Positions 38,402 through 48,373 of a stretch of DNA of 64,000 nucleotides are shown piece by piece. Source of the stretch: a virus. The stretch is taken from IMG/VR virus record IMGVR_UViG_3300048833_000100, positions 1 through 64,000 of that record; one strand, given 5' to 3'. The translations under genes and the position numbers were made by a program. The first letter of the stretch is position 1; each line of letters opens with the position of its first letter. Below the pieces are notes generated by a model that saw nothing but the letters and a program-made list of their open reading frames with translations, made no database searches and was not told the origin of the DNA.

Positions 38402-41400
38402 TCATTTGAAGGTGTTGAGGGCGCCGATGAACCGCTTGCTCAATGTGGTGATAACGCTCGTTTGATCCTGTGTAACAATCCGCAAACGATAGGTGGTGTT
38501 GCCACTCGTCGTCCGCGTATCGACGCCAAAGATGTCCACCTTCCCCGACGAGGCCGAGAAGATGGCTACCGATGCCACAACCTCACCGTTGGTCACGTCA
38601 TAAATCTGGATGTAGGCAGGTTCGTTGTCGCCGTTAGCTGGGAAGTTATAGGTCACACTTCCGTGGATGACTGCAGGCTGGTTTCGCGCCCGACTGAGAA
38701 CAAGGGTTTCCAAAGTAACAGTCGTATTCCCACCAGCAGTGACCGATCCATTGGTGAAGGAGTAGTCGAACTTGGTCACCGAGTCGTCGGCGATCTTGAT
38801 CGTATTCACGGAAAGGTTGGCGATCTTGGCGTTGTTGATGATCGCGTTCCTGATCTGGGCAGATCCGGTGATGAGTTCTCCGGTCGTCACCTTGTCCGCG
38901 GTGATGGCATTGGCAGCAATCACATCGGTCGTGATCCCCTCTGGGGTGATCAGCGTCGAGCCAGCCCGCTTCTTGATGACCTCGATGTTGGTCATGTAGG
39001 CAGTGCCGGCACCCCCACCGATCCTCCCCGCAGTAACTCGCATAAACTCGGTGCCAGCGGGTGCAACTATCGGCCCAGCATCGGTTGCGGTGTAACCGCG
39101 AGAAACCTGCTTCCAATTGATGCTGTTGTAATTGCTTTCGTTCAAAATGAGTGGAGAACCAATTTGAGCACCAGCTTTATCGTAAAACCAGAACGTGAGG
39201 CGGCATGTGGCATCTCTTGAAGCACCTGCCGTTGCCATATCAAACTTGGCTGCAAACTGTTCACCACCAGTAACAGTGGCATTGTAGACGCACCTGGCAG
39301 ACTTCCCATCTGCAGAATATGCAAATTTCAGTATATGCTTGGTCGGGGAGTTGGTCCCTGCCGTAGTCCCCTCATCCGCAGCGACCACCAAGGAAGCTGT
39401 GTCTGCAATGGCATCCCACCCCCGGAGATCCCCGAAGATGAAGGAGCCGTTGGGCACCAGGTTGCCACTGAGGTCGGTCACCACCAGCTGCTGCATGGCC
39501 ACCGAGCCATCGAGCAAGATGTTTCTTGCCGCGATCCGGGCCACCGATGCCGTGCCGGCCGAACCATCTGCCGCGATCAGCTCGAGGAGGGAGACCTCAC
39601 CCCCGGCCTGAGCCTTGATGAGATACCCGGCTGAAGCTCCTTCTTGTAGACTGGAAATGGCTGTCCGGTGCTCGATGATCCCCGCCTCGACATAGGTCAC
39701 CGGGTAGATCTGGATCCGGTGGATCGTGATGTCCTTGACCGCCATGCCGCCGAACTGGGAGGCATTGTGGTTGGCCATGACGAAGATCTCACACGAGGTC
39801 ACGGCGGATAGATCCACCCCGTCCGGGATGCGGAACTCACCCGTCGCCAGCATCATCTCGCCCAGGATGACCGGCTGTGGCAGCATATCCGTGAAGGGGA
39901 TGGCCACCCGGTTGTCTGCGCCGGGGGTGTTGAAGTCAAAGAGGATCCCCGCCCCGGACAGGCTGCCACTGGTCAGGGTAAACTCGACCTCGACCTTGAA
40001 GGCGGTGGACTTCTTCTGCCCGCGCCAGAAGGTGGTCATCGTGGTGCCAGCTTGAACTCCGGCACTTACCCCCGACGAAGCCAAGTTCCAACGGAACTCG
40101 GTCCCAGTGGAGTAGACCGAGTTCGGCTGCCGCGTTGGACCCGTGTTCCAGTTTGCCCAGTTAGCCGGACAGAACTGATTGGAAAGGCACCCACTCCCTT
40201 GTGAGGTCACCCGAACGGCAAGGTCCGATGCCAGGGTAGCTGCAACTTGGGCACCTTCAGCGCCTTCCTGAGCCGAGACCGCGGCTTCCTGGGCAAGGAC
40301 GGCAAGGGCCACCTGATCTCCAGCGTCACTGGCTGCTTGGGCAGCCAACACCCTCTCATCATAGGCCTGGCTCGCAGATCCCGCCGCAGTCTCCTGTGCG
40401 GTGACCGCTTGGTCTCGAGCGGAGACTGCATTTGTCCTGGCCGTTTCTGCCAACAAACGATCGGCCTGAGCTGCCGAGGCATAGGACTCCGCCGCGGTCA
40501 CATAGCCTGCCACCTCGACGACCTGCTCGGCCACGGCACCAGCATAGGCTTCAGCATCGCTCTTGGCCTCAGCCGCCAGTCGCCACGCCCTCCGACTGAG
40601 GGAGATCTCCTGCACATCGAACCATGTGACCCGGAGATGGCTACCATCCGCCAGCTGACGGAAGTGCGGGAAGATGAACTGGGAGGCTTCTGACCCAGTG
40701 AGCAGGATCACATTCGGGAGATCGGTCACCTGATCTGGATCGGCCGTCAGATACCAGACCACCGTGACTTCTTCACCCACACCCTCGTTGCTGCTCTCCC
40801 AAACCTGGATGTCGGCGAGGGGAGCGATCCGGGTTGTGGCATTGTCCCAGGTCGTGGCTCCTGCCCAGAGGCAGGCCGGTGTGGTGGTGCCATGAGCCAG
40901 CACCCGGATCCGGGCCGAGACCTGGTAGAGCTTGTCGGGCTCGAAAGCCATTGGGTAGGCGGGACCTACTGCCGTGGAGACCGAACCATCCAGGTCGAGC
41001 GCATCCCCGAACACGGGGTCATTGGTGAGGAACCGTTCCTCTGGGACCGGGAGCTTCGGGAAGAAGGTCGTGCTGTCCGGCTCGGTGGTCCAGCTCGAGG
41101 CTGGCAACCTCAGGGTCGATCGCTGCCGCGGCTTGATGGCTTCGGTGAGCCGAGCTTCCCGGAGGTCCAGCGCCTCCATAAGGGAGTCCGTCTCCATCCC
41201 GGCAAGCACCGTGGCCAGGGTGGTATTTCCCTGGATCGCAGCCAAGGCTGCGTTGTTGATTTGGGTCTGTTGGTTTGGCAGCTCCACATCCAGGATCTGG
41301 CTGGCCACCGACTGGACATCATTCAGTTCCAGCCCGAGCTCTGCCGCCACCTGCTGGGCTGCAGCTGCCGCACTGGTCGCTTGTGCGACCGCGGCGGCAA

Positions 41401-41737
41401 CCTCTGCACTCACCCCCGTCATGACCCCGGTGGCAATCCCGGTCGTCATGTCATCCGACCAGCCGGCAAAGATACCGGGGATCTGATCCAACACATACTG
41501 GATCCGGGCATCAGTGTAGACCCGAGCCGCAAGGGTCGCTGCATAGATCGAGCTGATCGCCGAGTTCGCCGTGCCCTGCGCTGCGTCAGCATCATCCTGG
41601 GCCGCGTCGATACGGGCATTGTGGTTCAGGGCAACATCCTGGACCGTCTGCTCAAGCGAGGCGATGTCGGTTTCGATGCCGGGGAGAACCACCAGCTCGA
41701 GGTTCTCTGCCCAGGAGGCGATGTCTTCGATCGGCAT
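38402..41737 (-). CDS. Tail fibre / host-specificity protein
   Basis: 1111 aa; coiled-coil Ala-rich segments, 'NLVPNGSF' CBM-like module, 'I.A.AITADK..AQI.NA.I.NAKI' repeats. Confidence 0.8.
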   Translation of the reverse strand: MPIEDIASWAENLELVVLPGIETDIASLEQTVQDVALNHNARIDAAQDDADAAQGTANSAISSIYAATLAARVYTDARIQYVLDQIPGIFAGWSDDMTTGIATGVMTGVSAEVAAAVAQATSAAAAAQQVAAELGLELNDVQSVASQILDVELPNQQTQINNAALAAIQGNTTLATVLAGMETDSLMEALDLREARLTEAIKPRQRSTLRLPASSWTTEPDSTTFFPKLPVPEERFLTNDPVFGDALDLDGSVSTAVGPAYPMAFEPDKLYQVSARIRVLAHGTTTPACLWAGATTWDNATTRIAPLADIQVWESSNEGVGEEVTVVWYLTADPDQVTDLPNVILLTGSEASQFIFPHFRQLADGSHLRVTWFDVQEISLSRRAWRLAAEAKSDAEAYAGAVAEQVVEVAGYVTAAESYASAAQADRLLAETARTNAVSARDQAVTAQETAAGSASQAYDERVLAAQAASDAGDQVALAVLAQEAAVSAQEGAEGAQVAATLASDLAVRVTSQGSGCLSNQFCPANWANWNTGPTRQPNSVYSTGTEFRWNLASSGVSAGVQAGTTMTTFWRGQKKSTAFKVEVEFTLTSGSLSGAGILFDFNTPGADNRVAIPFTDMLPQPVILGEMMLATGEFRIPDGVDLSAVTSCEIFVMANHNASQFGGMAVKDITIHRIQIYPVTYVEAGIIEHRTAISSLQEGASAGYLIKAQAGGEVSLLELIAADGSAGTASVARIAARNILLDGSVAMQQLVVTDLSGNLVPNGSFIFGDLRGWDAIADTASLVVAADEGTTAGTNSPTKHILKFAYSADGKSARCVYNATVTGGEQFAAKFDMATAGASRDATCRLTFWFYDKAGAQIGSPLILNESNYNSINWKQVSRGYTATDAGPIVAPAGTEFMRVTAGRIGGGAGTAYMTNIEVIKKRAGSTLITPEGITTDVIAANAITADKVTTGELITGSAQIRNAIINNAKIANLSVNTIKIADDSVTKFDYSFTNGSVTAGGNTTVTLETLVLSRARNQPAVIHGSVTYNFPANGDNEPAYIQIYDVTNGEVVASVAIFSASSGKVDIFGVDTRTTSGNTTYRLRIVTQDQTSVITTLSKRFIGALNTFK

Positions 41738-42399
41738 CAGATGAACCCTTTGTCCCGCAGTCGATCAAAGCCGGAGGTCGTATCGTCCTGCGCGAGATCG
41801 CCCTCTTCGGCGACGGCACAGAGCGCCTCGTAGCGGTTCATCAGCTGGACGCTCTTAGCCACATGGGCATCCCCGGCCATGCCGGAGAAGATCCCGGCCG
41901 CCACTCGGACCTGGAGAGCCTCCTCCAGTGCAGGCAAGATGCGGACCTGTGCTTCCAGATCAATGGGGTCCGGCAGCGCCGGATGCCCGGCCTGATATTC
42001 GATCGTGTAGCGTTCCCCGGCGACCGCACTCTCGAAGAGGATCTCGTCATGGGACAGGATCTGGATGGTTCCATCCAAGTGGTCGTGCCGGTTGATGCCG
42101 AAGGGCTGGGCCTCATTGGCCGGGGTCAGGGGATTGTCTTCCCGACCGACGGAGAGGATCTTCACCAGATCCGGGATCAACGTGCTCAGGTCATAGGACT
42201 TTTGGGTGCCGACGATCGTCAGAGTATAGAACCCTCTCCGCAGGATGAAGCGGGCATGCAGGGCTTTCAGCGCCAGCTCGATATGGGACTGGACCTTGCC
42301 CTGTTGATCCTCGGCGATGGACCCTGCCCCCTCCATTCCGATCGAAAGGGCAGACAGCTCCCCGTAGCTCAGGCGTTTGAACAGCTCTTGCAGTTCCAT
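41737..42399 (-). CDS. N4 gp67-like head-tail adaptor
   Basis: 'L...F..LSYGELS', 'Y.A.H', C-terminal 'L.DKGF'. Confidence 0.8.
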   Translation of the reverse strand: MELQELFKRLSYGELSALSIGMEGAGSIAEDQQGKVQSHIELALKALHARFILRRGFYTLTIVGTQKSYDLSTLIPDLVKILSVGREDNPLTPANEAQPFGINRHDHLDGTIQILSHDEILFESAVAGERYTIEYQAGHPALPDPIDLEAQVRILPALEEALQVRVAAGIFSGMAGDAHVAKSVQLMNRYEALCAVAEEGDLAQDDTTSGFDRLRDKGFI

Positions 42400-42446
42400 G
42401 GTTCAGCAATCCCTTCGATAAACCACACCACACCACACCGGGCGGG

Positions 42447-44105
42447 CTAGACGATGTAGGAGGAGAGGGTGGATTGGCCGTGATCTTCCGGTTCATCCAG
42501 CCCCCAGATACCGTCTTCGTTCTGGGATTGCGGAGCGTCCTCGGAGGGCTTCCAGGGTTTAAGATACATCAGCATGGAGACGGTGTCGATGAAGTCATCA
42601 TGCTTCGACTTGAGACCGGAGACCGTGGCCAGTTGGATCTCTTGCAGCAACTCACCCAGAACGATGGAGTTCTTCATCTCCTCGGGCAGATAGATCTTGC
42701 CCGCCTTGAACAGAGGCACCACGAGGTTGAAGCGGGCGAGCTTGTCACCCTCGGGCTGGATGCCCGGCTGCCCGTTCTTGCCCAGGGCAAAGGTGAACCA
42801 TTGGTTCCGGGTGATCATCTCATTGGTGAGCCATTGGATGAAGGCCCCCTGTTGCCCGGCGATCTCGATGCCCACCGCCTGCGGCCGATACTCGGCCACG
42901 AGGCGGAAGAGGTCATTGATTGCATGATCCATGGTCTGCTTCTTGCAGACCCCATCCACCCAGAACCAATCCCCATTGGCGTTGTAGGCCCAGACCGAAA
43001 TGACCGAGTAGTCGTTCGACTGCTTGGCCTTCGTGGCAAAGTCGGTGGTGATGTAGAAGTTGAACTTGCCCCGGTTCTGCAGCACAGCCTGCCGACTGAA
43101 CCAACGGATCTCGGTATCCTGGACCAGGCGTTCTTCGGAAGATGTGATCCGCAACATGAGCTCCTGCATGAAGGCGTTGACGGTCCCCTCCAGCACCGCC
43201 TTCTCATAGGCGGCCTTGACCATGGAGTAGGGGAAGCGATCTTCCCAGGCTCCCCGGAACTCGGCCTTGGAGCAGGGGAAGCGTTCGCAGACAGGCCAGA
43301 CGTTGACGTGCCAGGCCCCGGATTCCACCGCCTCATAGAGCACATCGCCCTTGTTAAAGGGGGTGCCGTTCCAGAGGGTCTTGCGCTTGGTCGGGTGGAG
43401 GGCGAAGTCCACGCCCTTGGTCACCGTGTCCTTGATCGAGGCCATGGCGGTTCTGGACTTGGCATCGTCATCCGAGACGAGGTCGTCGAGAACGCAGAGG
43501 GTGGGGCGCTTCCCGAAGACCTTGGAACCACGGATCCCGGACTTGGCGCCATACATCTTGATGCCCAGGCGGTTGCCGTCCTTGGACTTGAACTCAATGT
43601 AGTTCTCGGTGAACTTGGCTTCCGGCAACCATTCCTTCAGGAACTCGGAGTTGTGGTATCGGAACTCGATGTTCTGCCGGAAGTTCTTCACCCCGTTGTC
43701 CATCGAGTCGGAGACATAGAGCATCCCCTGGACCCGACCGAAGCCCTCGATCTCCCCGAAGACCCCGAGGTAGAGAGCCAGGTATTCCCCCATCAGGGTG
43801 GTCTTGGCGGCGCCCCGGAAGCATAGGTTGGCGATGTTCTGCTTCTTGCCCGCGATCTGGTCCAGCATGGCCAGGTGAACCACGGGCGTCAGGTTCTCTT
43901 CACCCTCTTCTCCGTTCACCAGCTTGATGAAGTTCAGGAAGTTCAGGGCGAAGACACTCGGCATGTAATGGCCCGAGTTCAACGAGCCATAGTCCACCTG
44001 ATTGAGCCAGTCGTCGACCGACTGTCGCACGAGGCCACGGTTCGCCAGCATGGCGGCGATGTCGACCTGATCTGGATCAGACGACGGCAGGGCCTCTTGA
44101 ACCAT
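42447..44105 (-). CDS. terL: Terminase large subunit (N4 gp68-like)
   Basis: 'CFRGAAKTT', 'LCVLDDL', 'GTPFN', nuclease 'TTDFA', 'HDDFID'. Confidence 0.95.
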   Translation of the reverse strand: MVQEALPSSDPDQVDIAAMLANRGLVRQSVDDWLNQVDYGSLNSGHYMPSVFALNFLNFIKLVNGEEGEENLTPVVHLAMLDQIAGKKQNIANLCFRGAAKTTLMGEYLALYLGVFGEIEGFGRVQGMLYVSDSMDNGVKNFRQNIEFRYHNSEFLKEWLPEAKFTENYIEFKSKDGNRLGIKMYGAKSGIRGSKVFGKRPTLCVLDDLVSDDDAKSRTAMASIKDTVTKGVDFALHPTKRKTLWNGTPFNKGDVLYEAVESGAWHVNVWPVCERFPCSKAEFRGAWEDRFPYSMVKAAYEKAVLEGTVNAFMQELMLRITSSEERLVQDTEIRWFSRQAVLQNRGKFNFYITTDFATKAKQSNDYSVISVWAYNANGDWFWVDGVCKKQTMDHAINDLFRLVAEYRPQAVGIEIAGQQGAFIQWLTNEMITRNQWFTFALGKNGQPGIQPEGDKLARFNLVVPLFKAGKIYLPEEMKNSIVLGELLQEIQLATVSGLKSKHDDFIDTVSMLMYLKPWKPSEDAPQSQNEDGIWGLDEPEDHGQSTLSSYIV

Positions 44106-44356
44106 CAATTCAACAAACCCTTCGGGGCTTCTTCCAGGGGCTCGGCTCCGGTCACGATGTTCGGATCATCCAGCAGGATCTGGAGCTTGGCCGCCTCGAG
44201 GAGGTAAAGGGCATCGGCACTGTTGTGACTGGAGACGACCGAGATCTCCCCATCCTTCTTCCGGCCGACCAGCACAGCCATGGCATCAAAGCAGCCGGTC
44301 TTCAGCCCTTCCTTGACCATCTGCCGCGGGGTGGGTGCCTTGCTCTTCTTGCCCAT
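44105..44356 (-). CDS. Hypothetical protein
   Basis: 83-aa ORF coupled to terL. Confidence 0.65.
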   Translation of the reverse strand: MGKKSKAPTPRQMVKEGLKTGCFDAMAVLVGRKKDGEISVVSSHNSADALYLLEAAKLQILLDDPNIVTGAEPLEEAPKGLLN

Positions 44357-44359
44357 GGT

Positions 44360-44746
44360 TCAGGCTCCCGGCTGGAGGCCGGTCGCACATTCACCCGCGA
44401 GGGCGGCATATCCGGCGAGGTCGACATAGTCATCGAGGTGGGCTTGTCCCTGCATGCCGCGGGCCAGCTTCAGGGAGATCATGAAGCGCCAGCCCTCGAG
44501 CTCGGTCAGGTTCTGTCCGGTCATGGCGTTGAAGATCGCCACCGTCCGAGCCATGGACCGCTCCCCACCTTCGGCGTCGCGGGTCACTGCCCGATCACGG
44601 AGAGCCTGAGCTGCGTCCTCGAGGAGCTTGGGAGCCACCCCGACCGAGGGGGTGGGTTTGTTCAGGGACTTGAGGATTTCCTGGAGCTTGTCCAGGCCCT
44701 CTTGGGGATTTGGTTGGGCGAGAACGTAGTGGGGGTGTTGGTTCAT
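44360..44746 (-). CDS. DUF6378-like protein
   Basis: 'R....D...GERSM...V..FNA.TG', 'M..LK.AR', 'D.YVDLAGYAAL'. Confidence 0.75.
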   Translation of the reverse strand: MNQHPHYVLAQPNPQEGLDKLQEILKSLNKPTPSVGVAPKLLEDAAQALRDRAVTRDAEGGERSMARTVAIFNAMTGQNLTELEGWRFMISLKLARGMQGQAHLDDYVDLAGYAALAGECATGLQPGA

Positions 44747-44801
44747 CTTGGGCTCCTTCTGGTTGCCCGGATATTTGCACACCACACCACACCAAAGCAA
44801 G

Positions 44802-45503
44802 CTAGACCACGTCAGGCGCCTTCGGGGTCACGTCCCGCATTGAGCCAGGGATCGGCTGATGGGCCACATCCTTGGTTGCCACCCCGGCTTCGATGGCAGC
44901 AATCTGGACCTGAGCCAACGAGGCCATCATGTCCTTCAGGGCATCGAGCCCCCGCCCGGTCTGCCCACCGAGGTCGATCTGAACCTTCTTGGTCTCCGGC
45001 ACCTTGAGATGGGTGAGCAGTGAATTGGCGGCCTCGACCCGGACCTTGGCCGAGACATCCTCGTCATTCATGATCGAATACTGGACGTTGATCGCTTCCT
45101 GGTAGGCATGGGCATTGAGCACCCAGGTCGGGATCAGGCTCTGCTCCCGAACCTTGTTGACCAGCTGCCCCGAATTGTAGGCCGCCACATAGGAGCTGAT
45201 CTCCTTCTCGGTCGCAGCCCGGTTGACCAGGATCTGATACCGATCGGGGAAGGTCTTCTTCCAGGCCGTCTGGTTCGAGCAACCCATCATCTTGTGGGAG
45301 ACATAGGTCACGGCCGAGATGTAATCATCGAGCCGGAACCGACCCTCCTCCAGCACAGAACCAAAGCTGAGGAAGTTCTCCCGGAAGACCTTGGCCTCCT
45401 CGGGATCGGTGGCGATGGCATTGATCTGAGCCAACAGCTGAGGGGTGGCTGCAGTCTTGAAGGCCGCAGGCAGGGCCTCTCTCAACTCATCTTGAGTCAG
45501 CAT
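44802..45503 (-). CDS. N4 gp69-like protein (candidate terminase small subunit)
   Basis: 'MLT...L..ALP', 'Y..AV.YVS.K.MG', 'TFP.RY', 'AANSLLTHLK'. Confidence 0.85.
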   Translation of the reverse strand: MLTQDELREALPAAFKTAATPQLLAQINAIATDPEEAKVFRENFLSFGSVLEEGRFRLDDYISAVTYVSHKMMGCSNQTAWKKTFPDRYQILVNRAATEKEISSYVAAYNSGQLVNKVREQSLIPTWVLNAHAYQEAINVQYSIMNDEDVSAKVRVEAANSLLTHLKVPETKKVQIDLGGQTGRGLDALKDMMASLAQVQIAAIEAGVATKDVAHQPIPGSMRDVTPKAPDVV

Positions 45504-45537
45504 CTCTTCTTCTCTTCCAGAGGGGAGTATATCTCAT

Positions 45538-45566
45538 AGATAGAAGATGACTCTTTAGGGTGTCAA
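45538..45566 (-). promoter_or_regulatory. Host sigma70-type late promoter
   Basis: Minus strand reads TTGACA-N17-CTATCT upstream of the first late gene. Confidence 0.6.
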
Positions 45567-45604
45567 TAGGATAAACCATACCACACCATACCAGTAGATA
45601 GATC

Positions 45605-45713
45605 TCTCTCCTCTCTTCTTCATCTCAGATAGATCCTCCTTCCGCTGACGCTACAGTCGGATCTATCTGAGAGCAGAGTCTCTTAGATGAAGAGAATCTT
45701 GAAGTAGAGGAGA
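45605..45713. repeat. Long imperfect palindrome in AT/purine-rich junction
   Basis: Perfect 14-bp arms TCTCAGATAGATCC (45623-45636) and GGATCTATCTGAGA (45659-45672), extended by TCTTCATCT/AGATGAAGA and CTCCTCT/AGAGGAG. Confidence 0.75.
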
Positions 45714-45721
45714 ACAGTTCA

Positions 45722-46006
45722 ATGGATCAGATGAAGTATCCAGTCCTTAAAGAGTGGATAGATGAGGTAAGACATTGGGAACAACCATCCAGAGGATATG
45801 GCATTGGTTCTCTTACAGATGGAGTTCTTACAGACATCATCTTCATTGGAGAACACTGGGACTATCTGAAGCTGAAGGAAGAGAAGGGAACAGACTGGTC
45901 CAGAGAAGATGTTGCCAAGCTGGCATGGAACAGCTGGATGGATCGTCAGTCTCCAGATGCAGAGTTCAAGCTCGGGTATCTGATTGGATACAGGTTCCTG
46001 GTTTAG
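45722..46006 (+). CDS. Hypothetical protein (low GC)
   Basis: GAGGAG SD, 94-aa ORF. Confidence 0.6.
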   Translation: MDQMKYPVLKEWIDEVRHWEQPSRGYGIGSLTDGVLTDIIFIGEHWDYLKLKEEKGTDWSREDVAKLAWNSWMDRQSPDAEFKLGYLIGYRFLV

Positions 46007-46140
46007 TCTCAGACAGTCGTGGTTTTGTGGTCATTCATGGGATCCGGCCGCAGTAGGGAAATCCTCATAGTTTACTCGGGTGGCAGTCTTATACACTCTG
46101 GGGACACCATGGAGGAGCTCCCCCCCCCCCTGTAGGTATC

Positions 46141-46162
46141 CACGGCCTGTAGGCCGTGTTGG
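46141..46162 (+). promoter_or_regulatory. Early hairpin promoter candidate 1 (vRNAP)
   Basis: CACGGCC-TGTA-GGCCGTG-TTGG. Confidence 0.7.
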
Positions 46163-46191
46163 ACTACCACGCTCACCTATGGAGGATCCCC

Positions 46192-46557
46192 ATGAGCATC
46201 ATTCGCACCGCCTTCACCTCGGCTACCACTGGCGCACTGTCCACCGTCGCCGCTGCCGCCAACTCACTCACCTCCGCTGCTGAAGCAGTGGACATCGGTG
46301 CCCAATCCCTCAAGCAGATCGCCAAGGTCGGTCTGCACAACGCCACCAACTGGGCCGAAGCCGCCGAAGAAGATACCGTCGAAGCCAAGGTCGAGCGCAA
46401 GCTCATCCGCCACGACGAACGTGTCGCCCGCATCGAGGCCATCGCTCTCTCTGCTGCCAAGCGTCAGGAGAAGCTCAATGCCAATCCCGAAGCCAAGGCC
46501 ATCTTCAACGAGATGATGCGCTCCATCCAACCGTCACTCCGCGTCGCTGCCGAGTAA
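46192..46557 (+). CDS. First early protein (hypothetical)
   Basis: GGAGG SD, 121-aa Ala-rich helical ORF. Confidence 0.75.
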   Translation: MSIIRTAFTSATTGALSTVAAAANSLTSAAEAVDIGAQSLKQIAKVGLHNATNWAEAAEEDTVEAKVERKLIRHDERVARIEAIALSAAKRQEKLNANPEAKAIFNEMMRSIQPSLRVAAE

Positions 46558-46563
46558 CCCTAC

Positions 46564-46599
46564 AGCCACCCTGCACATCGCGGGGTGGCTACTTCATTT
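46564..46599 (+). terminator. Putative terminator
   Basis: AGCCACCC..GGGTGGCT followed by a weak U-tract. Confidence 0.55.
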
Positions 46600-46765
46600 C
46601 AAGAGGACACCTAACCTAAACCCTACCGTCGCTGACACCGATCAGGATAGAGACCACACACCTCACCACACTCCATCAGCTCGTCATCCAGTGCCCATGT
46701 CCATCTTCCGGGTCACTCGACACCGGACAGAGGCTCATGCCTCTGTATGGCTCTCCTATGCGCCA

Positions 46766-46787
46766 TGCGGCCTGAGGGCCGCAATGG
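46766..46787 (+). promoter_or_regulatory. Early hairpin promoter candidate 2
   Basis: TGCGGCC-TGAG-GGCCGCA-ATGG. Confidence 0.65.
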
Positions 46788-46813
46788 ATGCAACGCCAAC
46801 ATCGGAGCCCATC

Positions 46814-47017
46814 ATGCGGATCACCACCGACACCGAATACGAAGCTGCCGTTGCTCGCAAGAACGAGATCATCCGGCAACTCGACGAGTGCTACAGCACC
46901 GTCTTCGACATCCCACACAATCACCCTCTGGAGATCGAGCTGGACCGCATCTGTGCAGCTCTCAACCTCTACGAGGAGGCTGAGATCTACAACAGCCTCT
47001 GCCTCTGCAACTTCTGA
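46814..47017 (+). CDS. Small early protein resembling the N-terminal domain of HigA antitoxins
   Basis: 'I.T..EYEAA.AR...I..P..HP...EL..I...L..YE'; no HTH follows. Confidence 0.55.
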   Translation: MRITTDTEYEAAVARKNEIIRQLDECYSTVFDIPHNHPLEIELDRICAALNLYEEAEIYNSLCLCNF

Positions 47018-47034
47018 ACCAAGGAGAACAAACC

Positions 47035-47415
47035 GTGACCAAACCTAAGGACACCCTCGCCAGCAAACTCGCCCAATTGATCTCGCCTCAGCTCTCAGCC
47101 GATCAGGAGGCATATGATGCCCAATGGGAGGCCGACATGGAGGCCGAATACCAGCGCATCCATCAGCTCGTCTATGGTCACCCAACCATGAGCCCGACTG
47201 AGCAAGGCATCGCCGAGCATCCCATCCTTGCCCGGTGCAGGCTCTTGATCCAGTCGATCGAGAACCAGATCCCAGACGAGTCCATGAGCTGGAAGGTGGA
47301 GCTCTTCTGCGACCACATCCGGTCCATCTTCACCGCACCACGACCCAATGCCACAAGTCCTCATCGGAACCATACCGAGGGCCTTGATGCCGTCGTCTTT
47401 CCCTATCGACCCTGA
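47035..47415 (+). CDS. Hypothetical early protein
   Basis: AGGAG SD + GTG. Confidence 0.7.
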   Translation: MTKPKDTLASKLAQLISPQLSADQEAYDAQWEADMEAEYQRIHQLVYGHPTMSPTEQGIAEHPILARCRLLIQSIENQIPDESMSWKVELFCDHIRSIFTAPRPNATSPHRNHTEGLDAVVFPYRP

Positions 47416-47431
47416 ACCAAGGAGCACACCA

Positions 47432-47776
47432 ATGACCATCCTGACCTACACCGACGAAGCTACCAAAGCTGTCATGACCTACGAACTGGATGACCTGCCT
47501 CAGGGTCACCAGTTCTTTCCCGGCATCCGGGTCAAGAGCCTCGTCATTAACGGGGTCTCTCACATCTTCTACGACCACGAATGGCCGGGGGAAATGTCCC
47601 CTGAGTCCGTATTCGCGGAGCTCTCCACTGTGGTCCTGCACCACTACTTCGACTCGAACCACTATCAACCAACTCCAGAGGAGTTGGCTGAGTGGGAGAT
47701 GCGTATGGAGGCCGAGCAGTCAGGCATTGAGGCTCTGGCCGATGACAACTCCCACGAGTCCTCCTCTCTCGCATGA
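47432..47776 (+). CDS. Hypothetical early protein
   Basis: AGGAG SD, acidic ORF. Confidence 0.7.
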   Translation: MTILTYTDEATKAVMTYELDDLPQGHQFFPGIRVKSLVINGVSHIFYDHEWPGEMSPESVFAELSTVVLHHYFDSNHYQPTPEELAEWEMRMEAEQSGIEALADDNSHESSSLA

Positions 47777-47785
47777 CCAACACTG

Positions 47786-47808
47786 ACACGGCCTGTGGGC
47801 CGTGTTGG
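47786..47808 (+). promoter_or_regulatory. Early hairpin promoter candidate 3
   Basis: ACACGGCC-TGTG-GGCCGTGT-TGG. Confidence 0.7.
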
Positions 47809-47854
47809 CACATCGCCAGTCACACCACACCACACCAAACCATGGAGACTACCC

Positions 47855-48052
47855 ATGCCTTTCGTCCTTCCCTTCCTCGTCATGGTCCTTGTCGATAAGG
47901 CCATCTACGAACAGCTGACCGCAGCCAGTGGCCCGCTCTGGCTGCTCTTCGGCTTCATGGTCACCATGACCGTTGCCGTCGGCATCGTCATGGTCTTCGC
48001 CTTCATCGACGCTTCGGTGGAGCGCAGCTTCTACCGTGGCCGGAGGTTCTGA
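47855..48052 (+). CDS. Small early membrane protein
   Basis: GGAG SD, two hydrophobic segments. Confidence 0.65.
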   Translation: MPFVLPFLVMVLVDKAIYEQLTAASGPLWLLFGFMVTMTVAVGIVMVFAFIDASVERSFYRGRRF

Positions 48053-48055
48053 ACC

Positions 48056-48214
48056 ATGCGGATCCAGCTGCCTCTGCAAGACGAGCTTCGGATCTGTGAG
48101 GACAGCTTGGCTGTCGCACAGGAAGACCTTCCCGAAGATCTCGAAGATGAGATCGAAGCCCTGCTTGCAGGGCTCCCGACTCCCATCCCATTCGTGCCCT
48201 ACAGGGCCTATTAA
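48056..48214 (+). CDS. Small acidic protein
   Basis: 52-aa ORF after TGAACC; 'EDLPEDLEDEIE'; absent from the ORF track. Confidence 0.5.
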   Translation: MRIQLPLQDELRICEDSLAVAQEDLPEDLEDEIEALLAGLPTPIPFVPYRAY

Positions 48215-48373
48215 CACAGGGCCGGCGACGGCCTTGTGCTTGCCACAATGTTGCCGCTTGTCTCTGTGGACACCATTGGATACTGGAACCGCGGTCAGCC
48301 CATTAGTGGGCACCGCAGGGTTGGGTTTTTGGGGTTTTCCCAGAGACAACCCAAGCACACAATTCAACCGTAA

